In this document: positions 27,501 through 41,499 of the stretch, piece after piece
Position numbering within the stretch: position 1 is the first letter of the stretch
Layout: each line of letters opens with the position of its first letter
Source: Octopus vulgaris
Taxonomy: Eukaryota
Direction of reading: 5' to 3'
DNA length: 64,000 nt
NCBI GenBank assembly: GCA_951406725.2
Contig: OX597832.1
Coordinates: forward strand, 41,416,001 to 41,480,000
Translations under genes and position numbers: made by a program
The notes under the pieces: model-generated
Told to the model about the DNA's origin: nothing
What the model saw: only the letters and a program-made list of their open reading frames with translations
The model's database searches: none

Positions 27501-28085
27501 CCCTCTACACAGATATTGGTAGAAGACAGGCCATGTTACCAGTGGAATGCATCTCTTCCGCAAGTGAAAGAACAAATGCTCTAATCTAGTTAGGCAAAAG
27601 CTGGAGCAAAATGCATTAATCAGACAATTAGCTGAAAGCAGAGTAGCTGTTTTAACCACTGCCAAATCTTTTAACCCTTTCGTTACCAACCCGGCTGAAA
27701 CCGGCTCTGGCTCTGTAGTACAAATGTCTTGTTTCCAAAAGTTCTGAATTAAAATCTTCTACCAAACCTTAGTCACAATTTATGTTCCTAACACTAGCTT
27801 AATGATAACTAAGTTATTTTACTAAATTCTTTGTTATATTTAAAGTAATTGAAAGAAACACAGAACATCTCAATATAAATAACGGTAACAAAAGAGTTAA
27901 GGATGCTTCTCCTATGTGTAAAGCTGGCCACTTTACTCACAACTTTGTCTCAGTTTCCGTCAAGCTAGTTTGGACCTCCAAACAACAGGTTTCCAAGCAA
28001 CTTAATCTACCTGTTAGTCTGACATCCGTGATGATGGCTGGCAGCATGAACTTGCTTCTCCAGAACTTACAAACCCATTGACTTA

Positions 28086-28448
28086 TCTCTATGTATATAA
28101 ACAGCAAAATGTCTGCATATGTGTTCTTTATAGAAATCCACAATTTTCAGTTAGAAGGCCTGCACTTTCCATGGTCATTCAAAACCGTCCAAGGGTGGTT
28201 GTGCACATCTTTACATTTCCCGACTCACCCTGCAAAGCCATTAAAAAATCAATAGAAGTGACTTTTTTGTGAATTTTCTATCCAAAACCCAATCAAAATG
28301 CCTGAAACTTGATACACCGATTGAATGCCATCTAGCAGTATGTGAATGGTCGGAGATTTGGACAGTACTCGCGTGTATGTACACACGCACGCAGCTGTAT
28401 ATGCATGTATTAGCACTATGACCCGGCAACACCGGGTCATAGTGCTAG
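28086..28448 (+). mobile_element. Non-autonomous Helitron-like element
   Basis: 5' A|TC start (TCTCTATGTATATAAA), subterminal GC hairpin GACCCGG-CAACA-CCGGGTC and 3' CTAG|T end, with no TSD. Confidence 0.75.
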
Positions 28449-29624
28449 TTTGGGTTAATTTCTCCTCTTGTCATTGCCTCATATTCCTAGAATGGCGCTC
28501 ACCACTTTTACTTCTGAGGAATACACCATTATTACGACTATTATAATTATGTCATCCACAGATATCAGCATGGCTCTTCAATGTTCTTGTTCAAATAGAA
28601 AGCCTCTCAACAATACGAGTTTCAGCAGTGGTGGCTCAAGAGTTAGTACGCACAAAAAAGATGAATGTGTTGTTCTGTGTCTGAAAAGTTGGCAGAATAT
28701 GAAGATGAAGGTGATGCTGCAAATACTAATGATGATGAAAAGTGCGGTGATGGTGATGGTGGTGGTGGTGGTGATGATGATGATTAGAAGTAGAAGAAAG
28801 GAGTAGAATGAAAGAATCTAATTACGTTGGAATTTAATGTTGAGTCTAAGAAATCGTCTTAAAGACATTAAGTAACAGAGCAATAATAGGAAAGAAGAAG
28901 AAAGATGCGAGATTAAGAGAGCTAAGTAGGGTAAACAGGAAATTAGAGATGACAGCGATAAATATTTGGAGCTTGAATGGAAAAGTTTAGTAGAACTGAA
29001 CTGGATGGTGAGGCTGGATGGGCAGTATGGAGGGTGGATGGGCAGTATGGAGAGAGATTAAGAAGATGGAGAGAGGTAAATGAAAGTGACGGATGTAAAG
29101 AAGGATGAAGAAAGATGAAGATAGGCCGACAGACTAATTGATACATGAGCAGATTAGACCGAGATAGATGACTGGTTAACTAGATAGACAGACAGACAAA
29201 CTGATGTATAAGACATAGACAGCTATTCAAATGGTCGGAGATAAAGAAAGATCATCAGGCAGAGATAGACCAGAAGAGATGGAGAAAGACTAACAGACAG
29301 CCTGATAAGCAAACAAAACCAGACAGACATTGAAGGTTGGCTAAATAGATAGACACGTAGCTGGCTTCCTACAGATAGATGGAGAGATAAAACAGACGGG
29401 TTAGCAAGATAGGTAGGCAAACGTACAGGTAGCTAGTTACGGATATTAAGATTAGGGCTAAAAGACAGCCCCTTCTAATAGATAGGTAAAGGGCACGAAC
29501 ACAGGAGGGAATTGTTTTTTGATACCGTATATTAATGGCAATCGTATTAAAACACAGAAACACATGTGGATACACACAGGCATGTCAACAAGTGTCAAAA
29601 GAAAAAAAAAAACAACTGTCAAAC

Positions 29625-29700
29625 CTGCACGTATGCCTAGGCTGCCATGGTAACATAGCTTGTAGGAAGCAGACTCGGATTTTGTGCGTGTGCGCGCATT
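29625..29700 (-). promoter_or_regulatory. Candidate NALCN promoter / non-coding first exon with RFX X-box
   Basis: GCTGCCATGGTAAC (29641-29654) is close to the X-box consensus GTTGCCATGGCAAC. TGCGCGCA lies nearby. A minus-strand donor-like CAG|GTTTGA is at 29625/29624. The site sits at the edge of the CpG-richer zone. Confidence 0.4.
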
Positions 29701-32700
29701 CACACACACACACACACACACACAGACAGACATAGGCGAGATTGGAACAGCGATCCCTCGAAGTCCTTATACTTCACGGGAAAGGAAAAAGGGGCAATTT
29801 TCCCTCCCACTTCACTTTTTTTTTTTTTCAAAATATTCTAATTTTCCAAAGAACGAAAATTTACGATTCTAGAAAAAAAAAAAAAATCCCCTACATATAT
29901 ATATATATATATATATACAATATAAAAAGAGAGTGATAGCGAAAGCTGTCTTACAAAGGAATAATATAAATAATCCATACGTAAATAAATTGCTTAAGTG
30001 CTAGAGAGTGCGTGTATACTACACACATAAGTGTAGTTTAATAGAACACTAATGAATACTATGTAACATTTTGCAGACTATATGATATAATGTCTACACC
30101 ACCTGTCTTCGTCTTGTTTTTTCTTTTTGTGAATTCTATATATATAATCAATAAGAACGTGTGTGCGTGTGTGTACGTAAGTGTGCCTGTGTGCGCGTGT
30201 CCTTTAACGAAAATAATCAAAGATTAAACAACGCAACAAAGTTTCGTTTTCTTGTACATTGTGCATTGGAGATAGAGGCCACCTCATCTTGTTTACTTCC
30301 ATCGCTAAGTAGTAAACGTTTTCTTAATAAGTGTAAAAAGCAACGTGGAACAATAGGCAGCGTTTAATAAGGCAAGACGAACCGGTGCGCGGTTTCGGTT
30401 GCGAGTTTAGAGGCCAATTAGCTTCACTTCGATGGGAAAACGATGGAACCACCTCACACCGTTCGTTTGCCCAGAATCAGTATGAAGAACTCTCGGTGTG
30501 ACAACGAGGACTGCTTGAAATAGCAGCTAGATCTTTTTCACATCATATACTATCGTCTTAAAGAAAGAAAAACGGTAAAACTACAGTGGACGAAGTCCTG
30601 GAATCTCCCGGTCTAAAATAAATAGTAACAATAAAAGAAGATTTCGGCTTATCTATCGACACATTACATAACAGAGGTCTATACAAGCGACGAGTGGGTG
30701 ATGGTATTGACCAAGGGACCTTTTTATGCACACGCATACATTAAGGAAGAGGGGATATGTACCTGGGACCGTTTCCGGGGTCAGGAGCAAACTGGGGGGC
30801 GGGTGAAGAGAGGACAAATAAGTCAATATAAGGTATTGACATCCACAGTTTAAGGCTGCACAGATGGGAGGTAATGCACCGAGTTTCGAAAGGGTTTTAG
30901 AAAGGGCGGGTGGTTTGTTAAGTGAAGTGTTACACAATGTCTGTGCTAGAAACGACGAGTTAAACAAAGGCAGGTGGATATAGTGAGCGGGTATTGAGGG
31001 TGCCAAGCAGAACCCGTTGTAGCAGAGAGTGGCCACAACATATTAACGAGTGGGTTGATAAGATAAATGACGATGAAGATTTTCTTTTTTCTTGTGGCCT
31101 GAGATAGAAACCCACCAGCATCAACCTAGATACTTCAGTTGTATTTAGTTCGATGCGATGCAGTACCGTTCTGAGTTTAAACCGTGCCAAAGTTGGCCCC
31201 TGGTATCGATAAAATAAATATCAATAATATATTGAAATAGTGTCACTCGATTATAACACCCTCATTTTTTTACATACACGCAAAGATAGGGACTCAATGA
31301 TAAGAGGCTATGATGCAGTCGTAGTAAATTCTGGGTGATTAAGGATCAAGGCACTGGTTTCGATTCCAAGTTGGAACAATTTCCAATTACGTCACTAACG
31401 ACCTTGGAAAAGGCATAAAGATCATTAATCCACGTTCCCACTTCCCGACAGATTTTGGCTGTGATTAACTGATGTTGAAAAAGCAATTTATTCATCGTCT
31501 ACGTGTGCGAAAGTCGAAACGAGACGGTGAAGTTCTCAATAAAACCGTAATCGCTATCCGATTTCAACTTTTGCCCTTCTTCGAGGCTGTCTGAACGTCA
31601 CACCTTCTCCCCGCCCACCCCACCCACTTCGTTCTATTACCCTATAAATCTTATGTCCAAATACGATATCCATCGAAGAAATCGATATTAAAAATAGAGG
31701 AAGAAAAGCATCAAACGCAGATACACCTATTAATAAAGATAATGGTTTCTAATTTGGTTAGGCATGAGGCCAGTTTTGAGGTGGAGGAGGGGGGGAACCA
31801 GTCGATGGTATCGACCCAAGTACCAGTGAAGTACTGGAGTCGCTGGTATCGCCTACCACCCACCCTCTCGAAATCACTGGCCCTGTGCTTAAGAAATCAT
31901 TACGATTACTATCATTATTGTTGTTGTTACTACTACTATTATTATTATTATTATTAATTTATCGACCCCCGAAAGGATGAAAGGCGAAGTTGACTTCGGT
32001 GCTTTCAAATCTCGCCGATGTCAAACAGTGTCCTTTTTCGGATCGATAAAATAAAGTAGCAGTCAAAGACTGGGTCGATGGTATCGACTAACCTCACACT
32101 TCAAAACTGTTGGTTTTGTGCCTAAATTATCATTGTGTCAAAATTATAAACATTATTATTGTTGTTGTTAACGGCATTTCGTCTGTCTTTACGTTCTGAG
32201 CTCAAATTCCGCCGAGGTCGACTTTACCTTTCACCCTTTCGGGGTCGATAAGATAAGTACCAGTTGAGCACTGGAGTAGATGTAATCGACTTATACCCCT
32301 TCTTCTGAAATTGCTGGCCTTGTGCCATAATTTGAAACCATTATTATTATTATTATTATTATTATTCTCGGTTGGAGCCATTTTATACGGCGAACAGAAT
32401 GAATGTCACGGAATCTCAATTTCCTACCTCTCTCTCCTACAAAACCTGAGATATTGAACCAACAAGGAAAGAAAGAAATTACTTTTGATGTAAGAAATAA
32501 AACGAGAAACTAAAGAACAATAAAAATAAATAAAAAAGACACCCACTGCTCCTCCACCCTTCTCTTTCCCTACACACTAATGTTCTGTGTACGTATATTT
32601 GTATGTATATTTGTATGTATATACATGTATCAAGAGATGTATACACAAATTCACACATACAGGTACACAAGTAGTGTTGATCTTGTTTAGCCCCAGGTAA

Positions 32701-34519
32701 ATCCTGATTGAACAGACCTCTGATCAAAGGCATTCTAGTCGTTACCATTCCGTCTTTCTACAAAATATGTAGGACTATAACAGTCCAATGTGACCTTTCT
32801 TACTTAAGGTGGTAGGGTCGTTATTTGGGGGGAATTCAGTGCACCCTCGCCACCTCGTGCCGTTATAAATGGGTATTTAAAGGTGGTGTTTGGATGAATC
32901 TGTTTACAAGAGACTACTGCGGTCATTAAAGGAGAGTGAAAGACAAAAACGGTAGGAACGAACGTGGAATCGGTTTTGAAGGTGAAGTTTTTGCGGGTGA
33001 GGAAGAAGAAGGAGGGATTCAAGAAACCGTAATATTATACCAAGAGGAAACGTCTCTTCGTGTTCGATGGAGTTTCTACGTAGTCGGTCGATCAGCGAGA
33101 AACAGCAGCCAAAATCTCCTTCAAAATCACTTTAATGTCTTTACAAACGAAAAGAAAGAATTAGGTGATGCAGTTCTGCGATATACTATGTTTGAATGAA
33201 TGAAAAAAATATGGGATGGTCACAGTTGGAAAGTCTTTGATTTGATCATAAGTGTGTTTGATCAGAGGTTTACCTGGAATTCAGTAATTAAGAGACGGTG
33301 GAAAGTGACAACTGAGTTAGGATGGGGAAGGGTTTAGACAAGGTGAATAGTGACAATAAAAATAGTGATCTGCTAGAAATAATAGCAGAAACCCCCTCAA
33401 CTCACTCTGCTATCGTCTTAAAATTCTAGATATAGGAATCATAGGAAAGGACATGGTCAACGGTGGAACTGGCTCTGATCGAAGGGTTGCTGCTTAATAG
33501 GGGCTGAACTGGGGCTCAACAAGGTGAGAAAAGAACTATGAAATTATAAAATAAAGAAGTTGGGATAAAGTGATGATTGTGAACGACATTAACAGCAACA
33601 ACAACGAAAAAAAGTAGCCCCTATGTGGTCGCACAATTTGCTAGAAACAACAGCCAAATCTTCCCGAATCGCTTTATCGTCCTCGAAGAAAAGAAGAAAA
33701 AAAGGACACATTGAACAATGTAGTTAGACAAAAAGATGAGATGGTCAGGGCGGGAATGTCCTGCTTCAACGGGGCTGACTCGGGGTTAAATAACAATAAC
33801 AACAACAAAAGAGAAACGGCAACAGTTTAAAGAACGGGGAATGGCAACAGTTGGAAGATCCTTGAGTCCATCAATGACGACAGTTTGGTTTTTCTTACCT
33901 AATAATAATAATAGAAACACAGAGAATAAAAGCTGTACCAGGTACCAGGTCAGGCCATTGGAAAGGCTGTGATTGTGACTTTTGGATAGAGAGGGAGTGG
34001 AGGGAAGGGAGAAGTGATGAAGGAACAGAGAGAGAGAGAGGTGCGCGGACGGAGAAGGGAGGGGGGACGTGAGAGGAAGCTGGCGAAGAGAAAGACTAAG
34101 AGAGATACGGAGAGAATGAGAGAGAGAGAAAGGAAGGAAGGAAGGTGGGTGAAGAGAGAATGGAGAAATGTAGGTAAGGAAAGGAGTAAGATGGGGGGGG
34201 GGGGAGATGGAGAAGGAGATAAGAAGGAGTAAAGAGAGAAAGGAAGGAAAGAGATTACGAGAGAAACAGAGATGTATGGTGGAAAGGGAGGAAGGAGAAA
34301 GAAGACGGGGAAAAAGAAGGAATGAAGGAATGACAAGAGACGAAAGGAGGCTGAGAGATTAAAAATGAAGGAGAAAGACAAGGGAAACGTGTGTGTATAT
34401 TATACATACATATATTATATATATATACATATATATACAGAGAGAGAGAGGGACAGGTGAGGTGGGACAAGAAAAAAGAGGGTTGTATAAGATGTGAGCA
34501 AAGAAAATGTCGGCTGTCT

Positions 34520-34770
34520 CACCTTGTAAATCAAGGTAGGAACGTCCTCAGGCTTGTCTGGACAGGTAAAGTGGCTGCGTCAACATATGAAAGGAATATT
34601 CGGTTGTGAAGAAAGACGAGAGAAATTGGTTTAAAAATGAATCAAACGTACTTATAAATCGCATCCCGATGGCGGAACAGGAAGTCGTCTGCTTGCCTAG
34701 TTTCCGCCAGTAACCCGGATGCTATCAACAACATTTAGCAGAGGAAGTAAGCGTTTTCAGGTCCGCACCA
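34520..34770. promoter_or_regulatory. CpG-rich promoter-like segment
   Basis: Clustered ETS-like cores (CAGGAAGT, CCGGAT, GAGGAAGT), YY1-like GATGGCGG and X-box-like GTTTCCGCCAGTAAC. Donor-like sites occur on both strands (minus AAG|GTGAGA at 34523/34522, plus GAA|GTAAGC at 34747). Confidence 0.45.
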
Positions 34771-34938
34771 AATATTTTTTTCGTCTGCTCTGTCACAACG
34801 AAATTACCGTAACACAATTATAAAATAATTGCGCGTGTATATTAAAGTCATTATAAAACATAAGTTTTTTTTCGTTCAGTTATGCTGTGTAAATTAATAT
34901 ATATATATTGTGTTTTTGTCTTTTGAGAAAGGAGATAG

Positions 34939-35002
<64 letters not shown>

Positions 35003-37175
35003 CGGTATTTGACCTATTTTTTTTAAATTTCAATTTCTGAAACACACACCTTGACGTGAAGTTTATCGTTTCAGACCATAAATAGACTTCCTGAAACATA
35101 GCAGAAAGTTAACATAGTTTGTTGGTTCGTTTTCCTTAATGTTCGATGGAATATATCAATATTCAACTTTGAGAAGATGAATGACTTTTTAAGAATACAC
35201 ACACACACACATAAACATGTACACATGTATATCTATCGTTATGTAAATGTATACAAAGACACAAATTATATTAATGCGATTACGTATGGGCATACGTAAG
35301 CACATATCTTACAACATACAGACTATCACACAACCATACACCAAAATGTAATGTAAGATAGATAAATAAACAACTGTGTGTTTGTGTGTGTGGTCATCGT
35401 CGTCGTTTAACGTCCCTTTTTGCATGCTGGCATGGGTTGGATCGTTGAAAAGCACCAACAAGCCAGAGGCCTGTGCTAATCTCCCATGTCTGCTTTGGTA
35501 CGGCTTCTACAGCTGGATACCCTTCCTGATGCTAACCACTTCACAAATAACTGGGTGTTTCTTAGATGGCGCCAACATAAGTGGGGGTCACCAAATAACT
35601 CGCTAGACAAGACCCCTCAGCTGAATCGGTGTAGTATTGAGGGAGGTGGCTTTATACCAGGTGATGAGTGACTAAAGTATGATGGGGGGGGCTAGAAACG
35701 GGTATTTTGCAGTAGAGATGTACATAGCCACTCCAGTTGGAAGAGGAGAGATGATGCCGAGATGTCAGAAAGACGAACTTTAGAGAAATAATCCACAGGA
35801 TTGGACAGGGAGAATGGGTAATAAGAGTGTGAAAGGAGAGTGGCAGATGGATAGAGGTGGGAATAGAAGAGAATCAGTAAATGGCGAACACAAACAGAGT
35901 TGTGGTTAATGATGAAAACCAGTTTGGAAGAATAAAGGTGGAGGAAATAGGATGGGTCAAGGACATTGGGTAGGGAACAAAATTTCCTTAGGGGATGCAA
36001 ACCCGAAATTTTTTGTAAACAAAATTTTCTTGTTTTATTTTTTTAAATGTTTGTTCCTTGTCCTTCGAGAAGAAATCTAACTTCAAGCTTCTTTTTACAG
36101 ATCACATTTTATGCACTGTTTCCTAAACCTGAGAAATATAAGTAGGGGCACAAATTTTAATTTTGTACCCCCAAACAATTCTGGGAGGTATGCTTGCACC
36201 CCCTGTTCCTAGGCCCATGGTCAATGACGTGATAGATGGCAGCACAGGTGATGTAGAATGTGGGCAATGTGTGAGAGATTCACAGGGACAAGGTCTAGGG
36301 ACAAGATCTGAAGTACATAGGTACCTTAGATTACAAGGTATCTAAAGTACATAGGTACTATAAGACACAAAGTCTAAGGCACAAAGAAGGCTGAACTGAA
36401 GCAGTGGTGGTGGTGGGGGGGTCTGTCATTGACAGAATGGAAGGATGTACAGGGAAAGAGAGGAGGTAAAGGGAGCATTTAGCAAAAAGTAAAATGGGAA
36501 AATACTGAGTGTGTGAGATGGAAAGTAAGTGGATCTTTGTCTGGTTTGGAAGAAGGGGAAGGTCCTGCAAAGACCCTCTAAGATCAAGGATATGGAAATC
36601 GATGCAGTTGGTGTACTTGAACTACTGTCTGTTGACAGATGAAGGAACAACTTAAGTAGAAAGGGGATTCTAGAAGGATTGGGTGTAGTGTAGTAATTAG
36701 GAGGGAAGAGACTGAAAGGGTAGATGTAATATGGGTAATGAAAGGAGAAACAAGTGAGTTGCATGTACCCGGGTGGAAGTGGCACAAGACCATCCAACTC
36801 TAAAGATCAGAGGCCACTATAGTAGTAGAATGAAGGGTCAGGATATTTGTGGCTCAAAAGCTGGAACATTGGTTAACAACTCCTTGTCAATCATGCAAAC
36901 TACTTTGTTTGAATGCAGTCAAGGATGTTTGAATAAAATATGGGAGCAATGTTTCATTGTAGGTGTCAGGTGAGTTTTGTAGAGAGTTACATTTTTTTAG
37001 AAAGCAAGCATAGGTGTGTGGTAAGAAATTTCCTTCCCAACCACATGGTTCGAGGTCCAGGCTTCTACTAGTGCCTGCTATTATAGACTTGGGCCAGCTA
37101 AAACCTTGTAAGTGGACTTGATAGAGGGGAAACTGAAAAACTGAAAAAAAACCCATCATGTGTGTGTGTGTGTAT

Positions 37176-37385
37176 GGCAATAGCATTACTTTTAATTCTA
37201 TAATTATATCCTGCCTTTTAAGACCAACACATGTTTCAATTGCACTGAGGGATATCAAATTAAGACCTTGAAGAGACTGCACCATTTTATAGTAGGGTTG
37301 CAATTACAACGATTACTAATTGGTGCAACATGTGTTGGTCTTAAAAGGCAGGATATAATCATAGAATTAAAAGTAATGCTGTTGC
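37176..37385. repeat. Fold-back element (~58-bp arms)
   Basis: GCAATAGCATTACTTTTAATTCTAT...AGACCAACACATGTT and AACATGTGTTGGTCT...ATAGAATTAAAAGTAATGCTGTTGC. Confidence 0.88.
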
Positions 37386-37656
37386 TACTTTGGAGTAATC
37401 TTTATTTTTAATATTGTCAATTTTTATACTCCAGGAAACCTTTATGGCTAAGGAAATATTTTCAGAATTATCCAACAGGTTATTCAACTAAGTTCTTTTC
37501 TTATAAGAACTTTATTGGATTTATAGATTAACTATTAAAAAACATATTTTGAATACCTACCTGAGTGCAAACTGGTACTTGTTTTAGGGTAATCTCTTAC
37601 TTTTTACTTATATAATCATACATATACATACATACATACATATATATCTATATTAT

Positions 37657-38455
<799 letters not shown>

Positions 38456-38529
38456 TATATGTATATATATATATATGTTCATGGATACAAAGATGTTCGC
38501 ATACCCAGATAGTGTATACCCTACCTATT

Positions 38530-38830
38530 TCTATGTGTGTCTTGCTGTTTGTTGGTTAATGATTCCTACTTGTCTTTGGCCCAGCAGTCTTAGCTGTTCA
38601 CCATTTCTGGATATCTAATGTTTAGGATGTTTCTCGGTCACGTGTTAATGAATGTTTGGACGTTTCTGAAGATATTTGTCCTATCGAGGACAACATATTT
38701 TACAGAACTATATAGCAGGATGTCATTGAAAACTTTCAGTTCAATACATCTGGACAGAACTTTCGCTTTCCTGATAAGCTTAAAATGGTAAAGGCTTGAC
38801 TCACATTCCAGTTCTTGCTTCAACATTCTC
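38530..38830 (-). mobile_element. Degenerate RTE-type LINE fragment; a similar RTE-like 3' relic at about 18170-18390 (-)
   Basis: KVFNDILLYSS...VQTFINT*PRNILNIRYPE resembles RTE LLYGxETW...LQxFINxCLRxILxIxWP. Confidence 0.55.
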
Positions 38831-40704
38831 AGTATTTCCAGTTATGGTCACTCACAAAAATCATTGGTGCTCAACGGATCTGTACTACCACTTACCATCC
38901 TGCACCAAATGGAATGGTGGAGCGCTTCCATCACCAGTTGAAAGCCATGTTTCATGCCTTTGCAAGTATCAATGATCTCTTGATTGCCAGCTCTTCAACT
39001 GAAGAGCATGTTCCTCATATCTTTTAAGTGCCTAGGGTCTCTATGGATCTTAATCCAGCCCTGTCTAGAGTCATGTGATTTGGGGGCCATGATAGAACCA
39101 GAGATCAATGCGTTGAATTCTTTGTGTTTTCTGTCTTTTCAACAAAGTTTCTCCCTTTGATTGATGTAAACCCCATGTTTTGTTTTTTGTGTGTGTGTTT
39201 TGTTTGCTGTATCTCATCCTTTGATATTGTTCTCCATGTCCTGGGCCCTTCTGGCCCATTTAAAGAAATCATTCATCATGATTCCGCTGAGGTCGACTTT
39301 GCCTTTCATCCTTTCGGGGTCGATTAAATAAGTACCAGTTACGCACTGGGGTTGATGTAATCAACTTAATCCGTTTGTCTGTCCTTGTTTGTCCCCTCTA
39401 TGTTTAGCCCCTTGTGGGCAATAAAGAAATAAGAAATCATTCATCATCATCATCATCATTATCATCATCATCGTTGTTGTCAGCTGGCAGAATCGTTAGC
39501 AAACTGGGAAAAATGCTTAGCAGCATTTCGCCTGTCTTTACATTCTGAGTTCAAATTCCACTGAAGTTGACTTTACATTTCATCCTTTCAAGGTCGATAA
39601 ATTAAGTACCAGTTGAACACTGGGGTCGATGTAATTGACTCATGTGGCAAAAAAAGCTGCCCATGTGGCAAAAAAAGCTGCCCATGTGGCAAAAATTTGA
39701 AATAATAATAATTATTATTATTATTATTATTATTGTTGTTGTTGTTATTATCATTATCCCATTAACTGGAATTATACTTCGTCATTGAGCCTGTTATGTT
39801 TATGAGATATTTATTCCAGTCACTTACATATATGGACACACACACACACTCATCCATGCATCTGCATGTATATAAGCAGTGTATATAAGCAGAGCTGGCA
39901 ATTATTGAGTGATTTCTAATGAAATTTCTGTTTCATATAAAAGAATTATCGTTCATTTCACCAGACTGGAAACTGATCTCCTTGACACTGTTGACCTTTC
40001 CAGAGTTCCAACACCCACTCCCCCTCTTCCTCCACCCCTCACCTTTTTTCTCTCACTCTGGAACAACTAAAAATGATTATTGTTGTCATATTCATTGTTA
40101 CTATTGTTGTTCTTATTGTCGATGTGCTTAGATGGATTTGGTTGTCATTATCACATCACATCCTCATCATAATAATGGTTGTTATCACAACTACTGCCAC
40201 TGCCATCATTTCTAACATCATTAATATCATCATCATCATCATCATGGTTGTCGTCATTGTTATAGTCATTGTCATCATCGTCATCACCGATGCTGCCACC
40301 ACCACCATCAACCTTAATGCTCCTTGATAAAGTTTGCCCTAGTTCTAACGCCCCCAACTCTTTCATCCTCTATTTTTCTGTACAGAAAGAGCAAAAACTA
40401 ATTAGCTCCATCATCATTATTATTATTATTATTATTATTATGGTAATGGTGGCAAGCTGGCAGAATCGTTAGCGCGCTGGGCGAAATGCTTAGCAGTATT
40501 TCGTCTGCCATTACATTCTGAGTTCAAATTCTGCCAAGGTCGACTTTGCTTTTCGTCCTTTTGGGGTTGATAAAATGAGTACCAATTACACACTGAGGCT
40601 GATGTGATTGACTTTGTCTCTTCCCCCAACTTTGAGACCTTGTGCTTCCAGTAGAAAGGACTATTAGTATTATGGTAAAGTGGCAAGCTGGTAGAATTGT
40701 TATT

Positions 40705-41130
40705 ACATTAATCCAGCCCTGACATATCCCTTTCAGCACTTTTAGTACTCCTGATGCACGTTTCCCCCACACTCATACTGATCTTGTGGGACCCTGGCCT
40801 GTCAGTCATAAATATTCTTACATCCTGACCTGCATTGACCATTTCACCTGATGGCCTGAAATCATCTTGCTAAGCAATATTTCTGCTGAATCGGTAGTGC
40901 GAGCCCTCATAGCTGGCTGGATATCATGTTATGGTGTTCCTATCACCATTACTACAGACTGTGGTACACAATTTGAATCTCATCTTTTTTTCAGAACTCA
41001 CAAAAATCATTGGTGCTCAACGGATCTGTACTACCAGTTATCATTCTGCACCTAATGGAATGGTGGAGCGCTTCCATCACCAGTTGAAAGCCACATTTCA
41101 TGCCTTTTACAGGTATCAATGATCTCTTGA
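40705..41130 (+). mobile_element. Ty3/gypsy integrase (rve) pseudogene fragment; partial duplicate at about 38849-38980
   Basis: PDARFPHTHTDLVGPWP...YILTCIDHFT*WPE...WISCYGVPITITTDCGTQFES...TTSYHSAPNGMVERFHHQLK, with an in-frame stop and a frameshift. Confidence 0.88.
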
Positions 41131-41499
41131 GTGAAACAAGTAAGAAAAAAAAAAAAAAATATTGAAGTTAAAACTGCAAAATGATTGTTGCTGTTGTTTA
41201 GGCTCAGGTCAGCTTTGACCTACAATCAAAATTTTGTGGTGTGAATGTGTGTGGAAGGTTTGGACTGAGGCTTGACAATTTTATCTTTTTGGAGTATAAA
41301 AAGGACTACATTAACCAATGAGACCATCTATTTTTAAGACAGTATAGTGTGATCCAAGGGAGATTTGACTGATATTTCCAGTAGGTCAGGGAACCCAGTG
41401 GAGCCTTCTCTCATCAGCTCATACTGCAAAACATTTAGTCAAACATTCTAACCTTTCTGTCAAGACATCACTCTAACTATTTGTAAATATTGGTACCAA

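Noticed and set aside
30650-31040. 127-aa ORF
   Set aside because: It looks like a decayed L2/CR1-type 3' fragment, as do about 35700-36850. About 26700-26900 resembles an L1/Tx1 C-terminus. All are too degenerate to call firmly and are not host genes.
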